This document shows positions 49,601-59,870 of a DNA stretch of 64,000 bases, in pieces (position 1 is the stretch's first letter; each line of letters opens with the position of its first letter). A program made the translations under genes and the position numbers. Under the pieces are notes generated by a model that had not been told where the DNA came from, made no database searches, and was given only the letters and a program-made list of their open reading frames with translations. The DNA comes from Phoronis australis (lineage: Eukaryota; Animalia; Phoronida), in the NCBI GenBank assembly GCA_002633005.1, contig NMRA01000214.1, positions 85,336-149,335 of the forward strand, written 5' to 3'.

Positions 49601-50654
49601 GTTTACCTGGTACTTGCGCGATGCCTATTTAGAGGCTCAAAAAGAAGCCGTGAAAGAGGACATGGGAGAGTTCGATGTCATATTTACGAAGCTTCTCCGA
49701 TTGGTGCGAATGAGGAAAGTCGAGGAGGGTGGTGACAAAGGAGATTGTGACCGTCAATCCCTAATAGACGAGCTGCGTAGGAACGACGAATGTCCTGTTG
49801 TGGGACGGTTCTTAGATGTCTGTGACAGACTGACAGATGAGGAAACCACAAAGCGCCAACGCAACGCGGAGATCACAAAGAAAAGATATTCTATAAATCT
49901 GTTGAAACACGAGCTAAACAAGCTGGCGCTGATGATGAGCCTCAGGTCTGAGGACAAGCAAACAATTGAAGACGCGCTACGAACCTATAAGAGTACAGCG
50001 ACAAAACTAAAGGAACAAGACCAGCAGGATGACTACGATCTACTTGAAAATACTAGAAACATGATCCTTGCACTGTCGCTTAAATCTACCATAGACGAGA
50101 TGGAAAGGGTCCACGATCTCGAAGGTGTTGAGAGAATGCTGAGTGTCGTGGTGGGAAAGGGCCTGTGCGGCGTCCTCGACGCGTTCAGAACGGCAAAGGA
50201 GAGATTGGAAACATTGCGCGCAATGTCAAACGATAGGAAGTTTTTATTGGAATTAAGTAAAACACGAATCAATGAATTCAAATGCTACAGAGACCCGCCG
50301 CGAGCAGTTCGCGCCACTCTAATTGCGTCGTTGCTGATTCTGGGAGTAAATGAGAAAGACATGAACAGTTGGCTGAGCTGTATGCAGATTTGTAACAGTA
50401 GTAAGGGATTTGATTGGAGACTGAAGAATTTCAGACTTGACCAACTCCGGCCAACAGTTGCAGTCCGTGCTCTGGATATTTTAAATATGTTTTCTCCGGA
50501 AGATGTTAAGGTTGTCAGTGAAACTGCCTACCACATTTATAGATGGGCACACACCATCGCTACCCATAGACTGAGTATGAGGAGGGGCAGTGAAAGAAGA
50601 AGAAGTTCCCAGTCTGAGAGGTTAGTCAGCATTATAGAAAAGGGCGGCACATGA
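34275..50654 (+). CDS. Multi-exon gene model: 7 Ig-like + TSP1 + TM + helical cytoplasmic region with dynein-MTBD-like domain (~1,210 aa without leader)
   Basis: Nine exons, all with AG/GT boundaries and phase-1 junctions, join into one stop-free frame ending in TGA at 50652-50654. The leader exon is not securely identified. Confidence 0.85.
36061..36381 (+). CDS. Ig-like exon 2
   Basis: tttccAG|tt ggt ccg...ata gca t|GTATGT, 321 bp; VHLKCYTDEVYPNASVHW...ASQADNGKSVICHAQN. Confidence 0.9.
36999..37325 (+). CDS. Ig-like exon 3
   Basis: ttgtAG|at ggc cca...gta cta g|GTACCT, 327 bp; FIIQCVTDDVSPAV...VTSHYDGSSVTCEAKN. Confidence 0.87.
37874..40513. mobile_element. Intronic DNA element with ~180-bp imperfect TIRs built of tgttacatttt/aaaatgtaaca motifs
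   Basis: ctgatacgccgtaaaat... at 37874 and ...attttacggcgtatcag ending at 40513; arms 37874-~38058 and ~40337-40513. No TSD seen. Confidence 0.8.
40019..40291. mobile_element. Small nested non-autonomous element with CCGG-type termini (CMC/EnSpm-like)
   Basis: ccggagggcatt...agtacccccgg termini with repeated ccaaaacgg-like subterminal motifs. Confidence 0.45.
40845..41180 (+). CDS. Ig-like exon 4
   Basis: cttgtAG|tt gga cct...gtt aca g|GTAAAT, 336 bp; SVNLTCVTDF...ITSEEHGIHITCKASN. Confidence 0.87.
42418..42726 (+). CDS. Ig-like exon 5
   Basis: attccAG|cg ggt cct...att acc g|GTAAGG, 309 bp; RVTLYCSTDSS...VSKDYHLSTVWCLASN. Confidence 0.87.
42830..44020 (+). mobile_element. Degenerate Helentron-associated (HINE/DINE-1-like) element
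   Basis: Degenerate gtttg/attc microsatellite at the start, recurrent cgatc...tgaaattt core motifs, and a 3' hairpin ctacgagatcgtag near 43996-44009. Confidence 0.45.
45780..46121 (+). CDS. Ig-like exon 6
   Basis: ttgtcAG|gc ggt ccg...atc acg g|GTGAAT, 342 bp; VLEVVCRSGVAN...VTDDYHAGTIECVAIN. Confidence 0.85.
46902..47540 (+). repeat. Interspersed repeat, copy 2 (see 16590-17180), starting with a 29-bp tandem duplication
   Basis: aaatgtttcctgttggtcagttttctagt at 46902-46930 and 46931-46959, then colinear with copy 1. Confidence 0.75.
47615..47938 (+). CDS. Ig-like exon 7
   Basis: tttttaatAG|tt ggc ccg...gtc gtt g|GTGAGC, 324 bp; ATIRCVAKVHPAGKI...EKEVFTCSVAN. Confidence 0.87.
48472..48825. 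mobile_element. ~350-bp element with two inward-facing tRNA-SINE-like heads
   Basis: aggaggcagtgtggcctagt (48472) and actaggccacactgtctcct (ends 48825). A-box tggcctagt(gg) and B-box-like ggctcgaatc / agttcgagttcc occur on opposite strands. Confidence 0.65.
49149..49337 (+). CDS. Thrombospondin type-1 (TSP1) repeat exon
   Basis: attctAG|tc cat ggg...aaa cag a|GTAAGT, 189 bp; [33 protein letters not shown]...GGNYCLG...C...PC. Confidence 0.93.
49504..50654 (+). CDS. Terminal exon: TM helix (~49551-49616), helical cytoplasmic region, dynein-MTBD-like domain (~50241-50561), RRxS-rich tail
   Basis: ttttattttacAG|ag tcc gac... is in frame with the 375-aa ORF; TM VLIILVITICATSFIVMFTWYL; stop TGA at 50652-50654. 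Confidence 0.9.
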
Positions 50655-50848
50655 TCACAGACTTATCACTAAGACAGTTCCAAGATTGCTGTGAAAGACA
50701 CAGTACTTGTAGCTTGAGAACATGCGGACGCAAATGGACACAAGGCTGTATAAGCCACGTGATTCGGTTTATGAATCGTCAGCTGATCCAGTCCTTATTG
50801 CAGTGACAATCAGAATTCCATTAATAGTTAGTCATTGATTATATTTCT

Positions 50849-50854
50849 AATAAA
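50849..50854 (+). promoter_or_regulatory. Probable polyadenylation signal of the Ig-TSP1 gene
   Basis: First AATAAA seen after the stop codon, ~195 bp downstream. Confidence 0.55.
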
Positions 50855-51029
50855 CATCACCATGCGTACTGGTACTAATTATAGATGTCAATCTTTCTTA
50901 GAGATTATTGTCACCGCTTGAATGGCTATTTGCAGCAGTCCCTTTGAACCAATTTTCGTCATTCATAATGGTCAAGAGACATTATATCTCACTTTGGCAA
51001 GTATATCAGAATTGTAGTTTGGATCTCAA

Positions 51030-51441
51030 TGCCCAATTGCATGAAACAGCCCCAATTAGGGACACAATAAGGTCCCTAAATACACTGAGTATTTATGGAC
51101 TTTTGAAAACACTGGTTGTCTTATTTTAATTTAATTTTTGGCTTTGATACAAATCGAGAGTGAACTCTACCTTGAATTCTCAATATTACCAAAATATGTT
51201 GTTGGGATCTTTTCATGCAACGCCCCTAATTTAAGGACTAATTCCCTATTGATTTTCATTGAAGTAAGGGCGCAGTAATTTTAGTTATGTTTTTTAAAAA
51301 ATGTCAGTAGCCAAAGAGGTTATAATTAAGATAAAACGAAATAAAAAGATTAGATTGTCTAGTAAAGAACGGCACAAATACGGAAAATATTTAGAGAACT
51401 TGCTTCAGTCCCTATCTGGAACTCTTTCATGCAACTGGGCA
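51030..51441. mobile_element. MITE (Harbinger-like TIRs)
   Basis: tgcccaattgcatgaaa...tttcatgcaactgggca termini; internal tagggac/gtcccta motifs. Confidence 0.7.
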
Positions 51442-51775
51442 CAGGCCTCTCTTTCAAATCAATTGGTATTTCGGGTATGAGATGGCGGTTTCTGTCTACT
51501 TTTCTTCTTTGACTACAGAAATATCAAGATAACTGAGTGGGTGTTCCCTAGTAAACGATCAAATTTGATGGAAAATAATTTCACTGATGTGTTGACTAAT
51601 ATGTCATTTAATTGCTAGTTCGATGGAATACTACAAGAGGAAAATTCTGAAATAAATTGCTTAAAATTTTTAAAGCATGCTGTCTGGCCTATACTATACT
51701 GTAAATGTCAAACAGCGTGAAGGGTTATAACGTGGTCGAGAGAAAAGGCGGCCTGCTCCACTTTACGGCGTCAAG

Positions 51776-52300
51776 TTGACTGGCAAACCATTCAAGAGCT
51801 TTGGTATATTTTCCAGTCATGATGCGCAAGAAAATGATTTCTTAAAATTTGAACTTACAATTAAATCGCTTAAAAAGTCCCTCAATATCTGCCACAGGAT
51901 TTCTTTGCTAGGGAGCATAAGTGTAATCAAAACTTTCGCTCTTCCTGAGGGAACAAAAATATACGCTATAATAAAAATTGTGTTTGGTAAGATAAATTTT
52001 ATTAAAGATTTTCACTTGGCTGTTGTTATATGATCCATTTCAAATCTTTTGTTAAATCTCTTAAAATTGGTTGGTTTAAAAGATTATTATTAACCACTGA
52101 CATTGCCTGAAAACTATTCTGACGTCAAGTGAAATATTTTCAAGTATTTTGTTTTTATTCTGGTAGATCATGTTACCGAACTTTATCCAAAAAATAGAAC
52201 GAAAGTAAACGCTATAATAAAAATTGTGTTTGGTAAGATAAACTCCTCTGAATTAAAAAAATATGACTGTAAATTCGTATGAAAATGATGGTTTGTCTGT
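51776..52300 (+). mobile_element. Decayed L1/Tx1-like ORF2 fragment
   Basis: KPFKSFGIF, ISLLGSISVIKTFALP, FVKSLKIGWFKRLL; same region of ORF2 as at 15656-15928. Confidence 0.65.
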
Positions 52301-53949
52301 TTCTGTTGTAAATATTATGTTCAAGTCACTAGTAGAGTGGAAACAGTGCAGTTTTTAAGTATTTTCAAACTATGTTTTCAAAACATATGAGGGTAGTCTG
52401 ATCTTAAAATCAACTTATAGTTACTTGTTGTCTCTTGTCAATCTTGATATCTTTTACCATGACATATCGATTGTTTAGGAAGAAATTATACACCACTTAC
52501 ATAAGGACAAAGCCACTGAAAATCAAATAGTGCGGAACAACAAAAACATCTTGATGGGTGGGGGGGTTGTATTTTTAACAGTTTTTATGAGATAAGCATC
52601 TTTTTTGTGAAGGATCTTTAAGGTTTTGAAAACAATTTCCTGATCTGGGAGATACTGAAAAAGGCTATGTATAAGGCAAACCGGATTAATTAAGCTGCTT
52701 CAAGAGGTGCCATAAAGGTGAAAACCGAGCCTCCCAGGTCAAAGCGCGCAATTTCTTTTCAGTTAAATAAAATAACTACACGATTTTCCAGAAATATGTT
52801 GTTTTTCAAAACAGTTTTGCCTCCGGATATTGAATACAGCTGAATTAATATTTACCTTAGGCATCAAAGTCAAAATTTACATTCTTCCGCACTAACTGTT
52901 GTTGCTTGGTTCCTTATTTTAAAACTTTCAAATATTATATAACTATCTTCGCAGAAAGATTTATATAGAAAGTGTTCTGAAAAAGATGCGATTAATTATT
53001 GGGTACACATGTGCATCTTGTGTAACGTTTATCATTATATTTGTGCAATAACTGTGATTTCGTGAGACTTTTACGGTAAGAGATTCAGAAACTCTTACTC
53101 TTCTTAAATGCAAAACGCGACTTAAACTTCAATTAAATGTTATTTTTAAGGCGTTGTTAAGTAGTTGTCAGTATTTCATTTATAACTGCTGTAAAGACTA
53201 GACTAACACACCTACTCAAGTGCTCTCGTCATTATAGGTCTCGTCCCCACAATGTCTGTAATGATTAAGTGCGGCTTAGTGTTCGTGGTCCCCCCCACCA
53301 GAGCCAAGGTGGGCTGTCGAATTGTGCCTCCCTACCCAATAATTTATGCCTTACTTCGGACCTGGACAATCATTTTTGTTGGTGTAGAAAAGCGCGCAGT
53401 TTTGGGACAGGAGAAGAATCCTATTTGACGCCCTCTCCAGTCGCCTCTGTAGGCAACTCGACCGGTTTGCGTACCGCCCTGCCAGGCCATTGATCAAAGA
53501 CGACATGCTGCTGTAGTTAATTACATCGCCTCAAGCTGCTGATGTTATCGTTCTCCATCATAAACACACTGGTGAATAGTCAGTAATTTTTTTCGGTTTT
53601 GGAAGTTTCATATAAAGAATTTCTGTGACTCAAAAGCAGAGTAGGTTTGTGAATTTTGAAAATTAAAGAAGAAATGTGACTTCTACAACCTAGAAGTTTG
53701 CACAATGTTGCCGTTCATTGAACGCTCCTGGGAGCAAGAGCTATGTATATTTATCTCTTGGCTGGGAGTGCTCCCATACCACCAAACGGCTTGAGTTACG
53801 TCAATCTAGGTACACTGTATAGGCCATGCAGTCGGCGCTGACGGGACACGGTCTTTGCAAAATTAGATTAGTTCATTACTCGACATATTCCTACACTACG
53901 GTTATTTTCGTTTTATTCCTTTTGTGACAGAACATTAATTTTGCTTATT

Positions 53950-54558
53950 TTTTGTTGTGTGCAAGAGCAGTCGTCGCTGGCCGAACGGGGCGCCACGGGG
54001 TATATCTGTGGTGAACCACCCCGAGCTGGCTTTACTGGTGACAACTTTCGCCAAGGGGTTCTCCTTAACAAAAATTCCTCGTCAAAGTCTTCGGAGTTCA
54101 GGTACACACAGACACAGATATTGCACGTCCAAAGCACAGGCGTCCTCAGCTTCTGATCGTCCCCAATGTAGTGTATTGGGGACGATCAGAAGCTGAGGAC
54201 GCCTGTGGTCCAAACCGCCTTGACTTACTTAAATTCCACTTCAGCTCTTCGGTGGCTGTCTGAACCCCAGACACTCTCGAAACTAAGTTCAACTATCTTT
54301 ATTAACAATAAAAAGCACAATATTCCATTCAAACCAGTTTCCGAATTCGCAGATTCACTCGAACCAAAAGGCACGTCTTTCCTCTAACACAGCCAGAACG
54401 AAGAGGCTGACCTGAACACGAGGGTTCAGCAGACAAACCGAACATCACCAGCAGGCCCTGATTGGCCTAAACAACAGACCAATTGGCCACAAGAGGGGTT
54501 CAAGTAACAACCAATTAAGGAATCATAACAAACCTGACGTAAAAGGTCAAAGGTCACA
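53950..54558 (-). mobile_element. Putative LTR (54167-54558, TG...CA) plus adjacent leader sequence
   Basis: TGT...ACA termini, CCAAT/ATTGG boxes, minus-strand AATAAA at ~54298-54303, and TGG one base after the LTR end on the - strand. No gag/pol and no TSD seen. Confidence 0.5.
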
Positions 54559-57500
54559 TACCTGTCAGTCCCAGTGTCATGCATGACATCACTTTGCTAT
54601 TATCCGGGAACACCTATGATGTTACTGATATTGCCTTTGCACACTAATAATTTGGAACTCATCTGGTCTCGATTATTAGACTTGGTAATCTTTTAGTATA
54701 AAATTGCAGCGACGAGTTTGAAGGCAATTAGTTAGGTCCATGTCACATTTGGTGGACCATGACTTACTCCTACGTAATTGGGGTGAATGTACATAAAGGC
54801 TGTGGTGTTGGTGGTATCCCCCGCTGGGCTGCCCTGCTGTCGTTGGTGCTAGTGCAGCCCAAACGGATGCCTGCGCGAAACTGATTTGATGCACTTCAGT
54901 TTGGCGTGTGTTGGGGAGCCAAATTGATGCCTGCGACAAACTAAAGCTACCGTAAGTTCCCAATACTGCCAATTGTTTATATGTTTTATTCTTTTTTTCT
55001 TAACAGTTATATGATAGGTTGAATTTGACTAAATGCATCGAACATTTTTAGTGCAGTTATTTTTATTGTGGCAATTTTTTTGTTCAAAATGTGTTGACTT
55101 TGTAGAAACTTTATCCTTTTTACGAAAATACTCTTCCTACCTCGATTGGTGTTGCCAAATATTACTTATTTTTCCTTAATTCTCAAGCGGTCCGAGTCAG
55201 TTGATTGTGTTGAAAGTGCCTTGAGTCAAGTTGAGTGTGTCGAATGTGGGTCGCTTGACAGTATAGTCCAAAACCTCACCTGAATTGGCAATAAATTACT
55301 GGAATCAAAGCATAGTGAAAAAAGGAACGTATGGACTGTACTGTGGTTGAAAATCGGCAATAAAATAACAAAACAACAGCTTTTCAAGGACTGGAACATT
55401 GCGGCTGGTTTAACCGATCTCGTTACTTTCTGCTAGTGTCAATCTACGAGACTCACTGATTCACTTCAATGAAACACTACTGAGGCATGTGACCCAAGTT
55501 CGACACATGCACCAATCTCTTATTTTTTCAACTTTTTTCATCTGTAACTTAATTTTAATTAAAGAATTACAAGTAGGTTTATAGCTAATGTATTCAACTT
55601 GAAAAATATTAAAAGAAGCAATGCCTTTGCTTTTATTTCGATTGAAGCTGGTGCATTATTTTGAACTTTTTTATTTCAATCAGCGTACTGGAAAAGTGTG
55701 CAGAAATTTGTCAAACAATGGGGGTCTTGGCGATTCCGTAAAGTTCTTAACTTTTCTTTATTAGCTGGTAAGACATGAAAGTTGATGACCAAACACTATA
55801 TTCAATTACTCCGAAATCAATTCCTCAGTTATTCAAAAAAGTCAAGTTGAGTGACCAACTTTCAACATGATTCGAATTCGACATAATGGCTGCATCAGAA
55901 CTGAAATTGACGACAATGATTGCGGCATGGTGCATTATAGTCTCACAGGACACTTTCCAGATGTGATTAATCCATATGACTTGCATAAGTGAGCACTCAT
56001 TGTTGTCAATTTTGTAATCTGTTGACCATAAACCACCTGCAGTTATGTGGGAACTGAGGTAGCTTCAGTTTGGTGCAGGCATTAGTTTGGCTCATCAACC
56101 CATGCCAAATGGTTTGGCATGGTGTGGTGTATAGTGCATGGGCACATGGTCGTAGTGGAGGATTAAATGCACAAAGCAACATGGCCCATGGCCAAAATGC
56201 AGCAAATGCTCAATTTCGCCAACTTGTACAAGTTTCCAAATGGCTCGTATTTTCAGTTATTGTTTACAATCCGACTTTATTAACAAGTCCTGGTTGGCCA
56301 AACGCACGTCCAGGACTCCTGTTTAAATGTCCCACGTCCAGTTTTAAGATCCTGCGACTGGTTTAAAAAAATAGGGACCAGTTTGTAAAAAAGGCGTTGT
56401 CATCGTTAAGAAGGCCTTCACTGGTTCAAATTACACTTGACAGCAACTGGCCACTAACTGGTCCCGTGTCAAAACCCTAATCACCGATCTCACTCTAGCG
56501 GCAGACCGGGCCGTTAGTCTATTGATGGTATAACACGGGTTGTAAATAATCTCTCAATCATCTTTTCGATTCATCTCGACCAAGCAGTCATAGTCAATTG
56601 AATTAAAACAAAGGCCCAGGGCCACTTATAAGCCTACTCTACTACCTGCTTAGTGGAGGTGCAATCCGGCACCTTTTCATATTTTTTTTGTGTTCGGCGG
56701 ATAACTGATCATAATAACCCATTGAAAATAAGTAGGCCTATGTCTCAGTGGGTAGTTCTGCTAAGTCTAACTAGTCAGCAAAGACACCACAGCGGCCGTC
56801 TTTTGGGTAGACAGTGAATCTTTTGGGTGGTCAGAATTTTTTTTCGTTGTACATTTTTCAGTATTCCGTGGGCCCCACGCCACTGGTCTGACTTACCGAC
56901 ACCAGTCTCAACCTTTGCATGGAAGCGATTTTGATGACTCTCATTGGTTGTTGTTTGTGCATTTCATACTTAGATGAATATTATTGAATACTTTTGGTGC
57001 CACCAGCCCATCAAGATTGTCTGAGTTCATCTCATTGCCTTATAACGAGTTTTGTTGGAAGCATAAGCATTATATCTGTTGCACATATTCCCTCTGAAAA
57101 TCTGCCAAGCCGTTCACAAGTCAACTTCAGTAGCATCCATGCACGACGTTTGCAGTTTCGGGGAGTAATTCTGAGATTTGGGACAGCCAGTGACGTCACA
57201 GAGAAAACATAGAAACGGCTATCAAGACATAAAAATGCGACTGGCTTTACAAAGGCACTTCACTTGGACTCTCGTTTTGTGGGAAAGGTTTACCTTTATC
57301 TTAAGACTTTTTGGACGTTGTCGACATTGACATCACAAGTATTGAGTAAAATATTTCCCCACATTGTTTCAAACACAACTGTGTAGACTTCCATTTCAAA
57401 GTCATTGAGTAAACAAATGGGTTATGGGATATGTATGTAAATACGGTAAGTCCACTTTTTAACAATAAAAAGTTGGACAAACAGTTATTTGTTTGCACTG

Positions 57501-57744
57501 CTGTGCATTACTGTTGAAGTGCATGGGTAAAAATAAGGTGCACACTAGCTTATGTAGACTACCGCGGGGTTCCGGCATGTTTGTTGCTGTTTAGATATTC
57601 AGATGTGGAGAACACTGTACTCATACCAATACATTATGGCTTTTTATTAATATAGTCAGTGATTTTTCCAAGGCGTACATTTGCCACGCTAGTTTTGAGT
57701 GGCTGCCACTTTAAAAGTGAGACTCCTCTCATCAGGAATGATAA

Positions 57745-57830
57745 AGTTTGTTTATTTTGTTAATGTAAATTTACAATGAGGGTAGCCCCATCAATTCACA
57801 CTGCTTTCCATGGGGGCCCTCAATAAAAAC
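57745..57830 (-). mobile_element. Probable LINE 3' terminus
   Basis: Minus strand gagggcccccatgg...gatggggctaccctc stem-loop followed by aataaacaaac; an AT-rich UTR-like tract extends to ~58100. Confidence 0.45.
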
Positions 57831-58756
57831 ATACAAAGACAGTAAGACAAACTATCAGACAATATTTAAATAATCGGTGAAGAATAAGAAATTAACTTGG
57901 AAAGACTGATGAAACAAAATGGATATTAAAATATGATCAATAGAAGATAATAAAAGTAAAACAAGATAATTAAATAAAATATAAATATTTAATAAAACAG
58001 TCAATAAATAATTAATAAAAGTAAGACATCTTATATATATACACACATATATACACTTCAACACATATACATATGTACACAAAACGTACCAAGAGTGGCG
58101 TACATGAAGTAATATCTCACGAGACATTATTCCCGGTATCGACCTAGACCGAATATCCCATGCGCTTCGAATCCCTAAGTTTCTTGCATTTTTTCAGCAG
58201 AGTTTTCAAATACTTCACCCAGACTATTCACATGGCGGATCACATCCTATATGTATGTACTTGCGCATTAGGTTGCAAGTTTTCTCTTGAAAAAGAAACA
58301 CTTTTAAAAGTAACGATTTATTTCTTGAAAAGAGGTAGCAAAGATGAAAACAACGGCAACTGAGCAGTGAACTTGTAACATCTCCTGGAAATAGTTAAAA
58401 AACAACAATATTTGATATTTTAATTTCCTAGGAATCGGCTCCTGAGTTGCAGTCGATATACTATTCAGCAGTTGAAAACTGAGACATAAGTGTCTTATAA
58501 TTAACGGTTTTGTTCCAGATTTTACGTTTAGGGCCTGGTTGCATGTCGAGTGTTAGTTACACGGTTGCAACTGTGTTACTTTAAACTATATTCAGAAAGT
58601 TTGATGATCGAACCGGCTGAAGACATCGAGTCGACATTGACCTACCTTTTGAACATTCCATGTCCGAGGTCGCTGTTAAAGTAGTGCGGGAGGTGAATAT
58701 GGAAAACTTTATTTCATGGCCGTATTTCCCTCGACAGATTCAACGCGCGTAGTATA

Positions 58757-58890
58757 AACATACATATTAAGTACTTACATATGTACATATACATACATAC
58801 ATACATACTTACAAATATATATACGTACATACATACATACACACAAATACACAACTACATACACATAAATGCACACGTATATACGTATGA
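58757..58890 (+). repeat. Degenerate (TACA)n microsatellite
   Basis: acatacatacatacatacat tracts are directly visible. Confidence 0.85.
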
Positions 58891-59298
58891 ATAAAAAATA
58901 GCCTGGTCTGGGGATATTGACTGTAAGTTTGCTAGACAGAACACATCTACATGTAGTTAAATTGATTTCTCATAATTCTTTTAAAGGTTATTAAGGGTGA
59001 TGCAGATTTGGCGCACTTCAATTTGTTAACCTCGACTAGACAAAATTATATGTATTTTCAAATTCGTCGGCTGGAAACTAATGGATGCTCTTCTCTGTTC
59101 AAATGTTCTGATTCCATAGCAGTAGAAAATGTCATTGCAAGTGTCCTGGGTTGTTTGAAAGTTTATAGCAAAGATGACATCGTTAAGTGTTAGCAAACAG
59201 TACCAGTAGTTGTTTTCAAGACTGGTCTGAAAACTATTGTCCAAGTGAACTGCATACCATGTGCTAAGTGCAAATGATAGTGAATTTTTCGATTTCAG

Positions 59299-59870
59299 AT
59301 ATTGGGATGGATGAAGAAGAATGCTGTGAGTTGGAATTGAAACACAATATCACTGACAGAAGTTTCAATGATTCAGTTTCATCTGAGTTGTGTAAGAATT
59401 CCTTTGATAGTCTGAACGTTTCTTGCACTCAGGAATGTGATGAAGTTGACATTGTTGGCAGTGTTGAGGAGGACAGCGGAGAAGGATCCTGTATCAAACA
59501 AGAAAAAGATGAGGCCCAGGCTGATCATGAGGAAGTTGGATATCTTGTGGCTGACAATGTGTTTGTGCCTACAGTGTTTAGACTGGAGTGTGACGACGAC
59601 AAATTCATGCCACATGATGCTGTTTCTGATACCCATGTGACTAGTGGTGAGAGTAACGTAGTCAAACAAACGAGAATGCATGCTGCTAAGAAACTGGCGA
59701 AGTGTAAAGTATGTGGAGAGTCATTTAAGGGAAACCGCGAACTTGCTAAACACTCTAAGACAATGCATAAAAGTGAAAAAACACACAAATGCACTGTGTG
59801 TGGAAAGTCTTTTACCCGAAATGCCAATCTTGTTTGGCACATGAGGAGACACGCAGGTAAGAAACCATAA
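59299..59870 (+). CDS. Exon of a C2H2 zinc-finger gene: acidic region plus two fingers; either terminal (stop 59868-59870) or spliced at 59856
   Basis: atttcAG|at att ggg; CKVCGESFKGNRELAKHSKTMH and HKCTVCGKSFTRNANLVWHMRRH; donor g|GTAAGA at 59856/59857. Confidence 0.85.

Noticed and set aside
49527-50654. Calling the ORF a dynein heavy-chain fragment or pseudogene
   Set aside because: No AAA/P-loop or other dynein sequence nearby; the ORF is intact, starts with a TM helix and is splice-compatible with the TSP1 exon.
51963-52242. 34-bp direct repeat acgctataataaaaattgtgtttggtaagataaa (51963-51996, 52209-52242)
   Set aside because: A local duplication inside a dead L1/Tx1 fragment; only two copies, not a CRISPR-like array.
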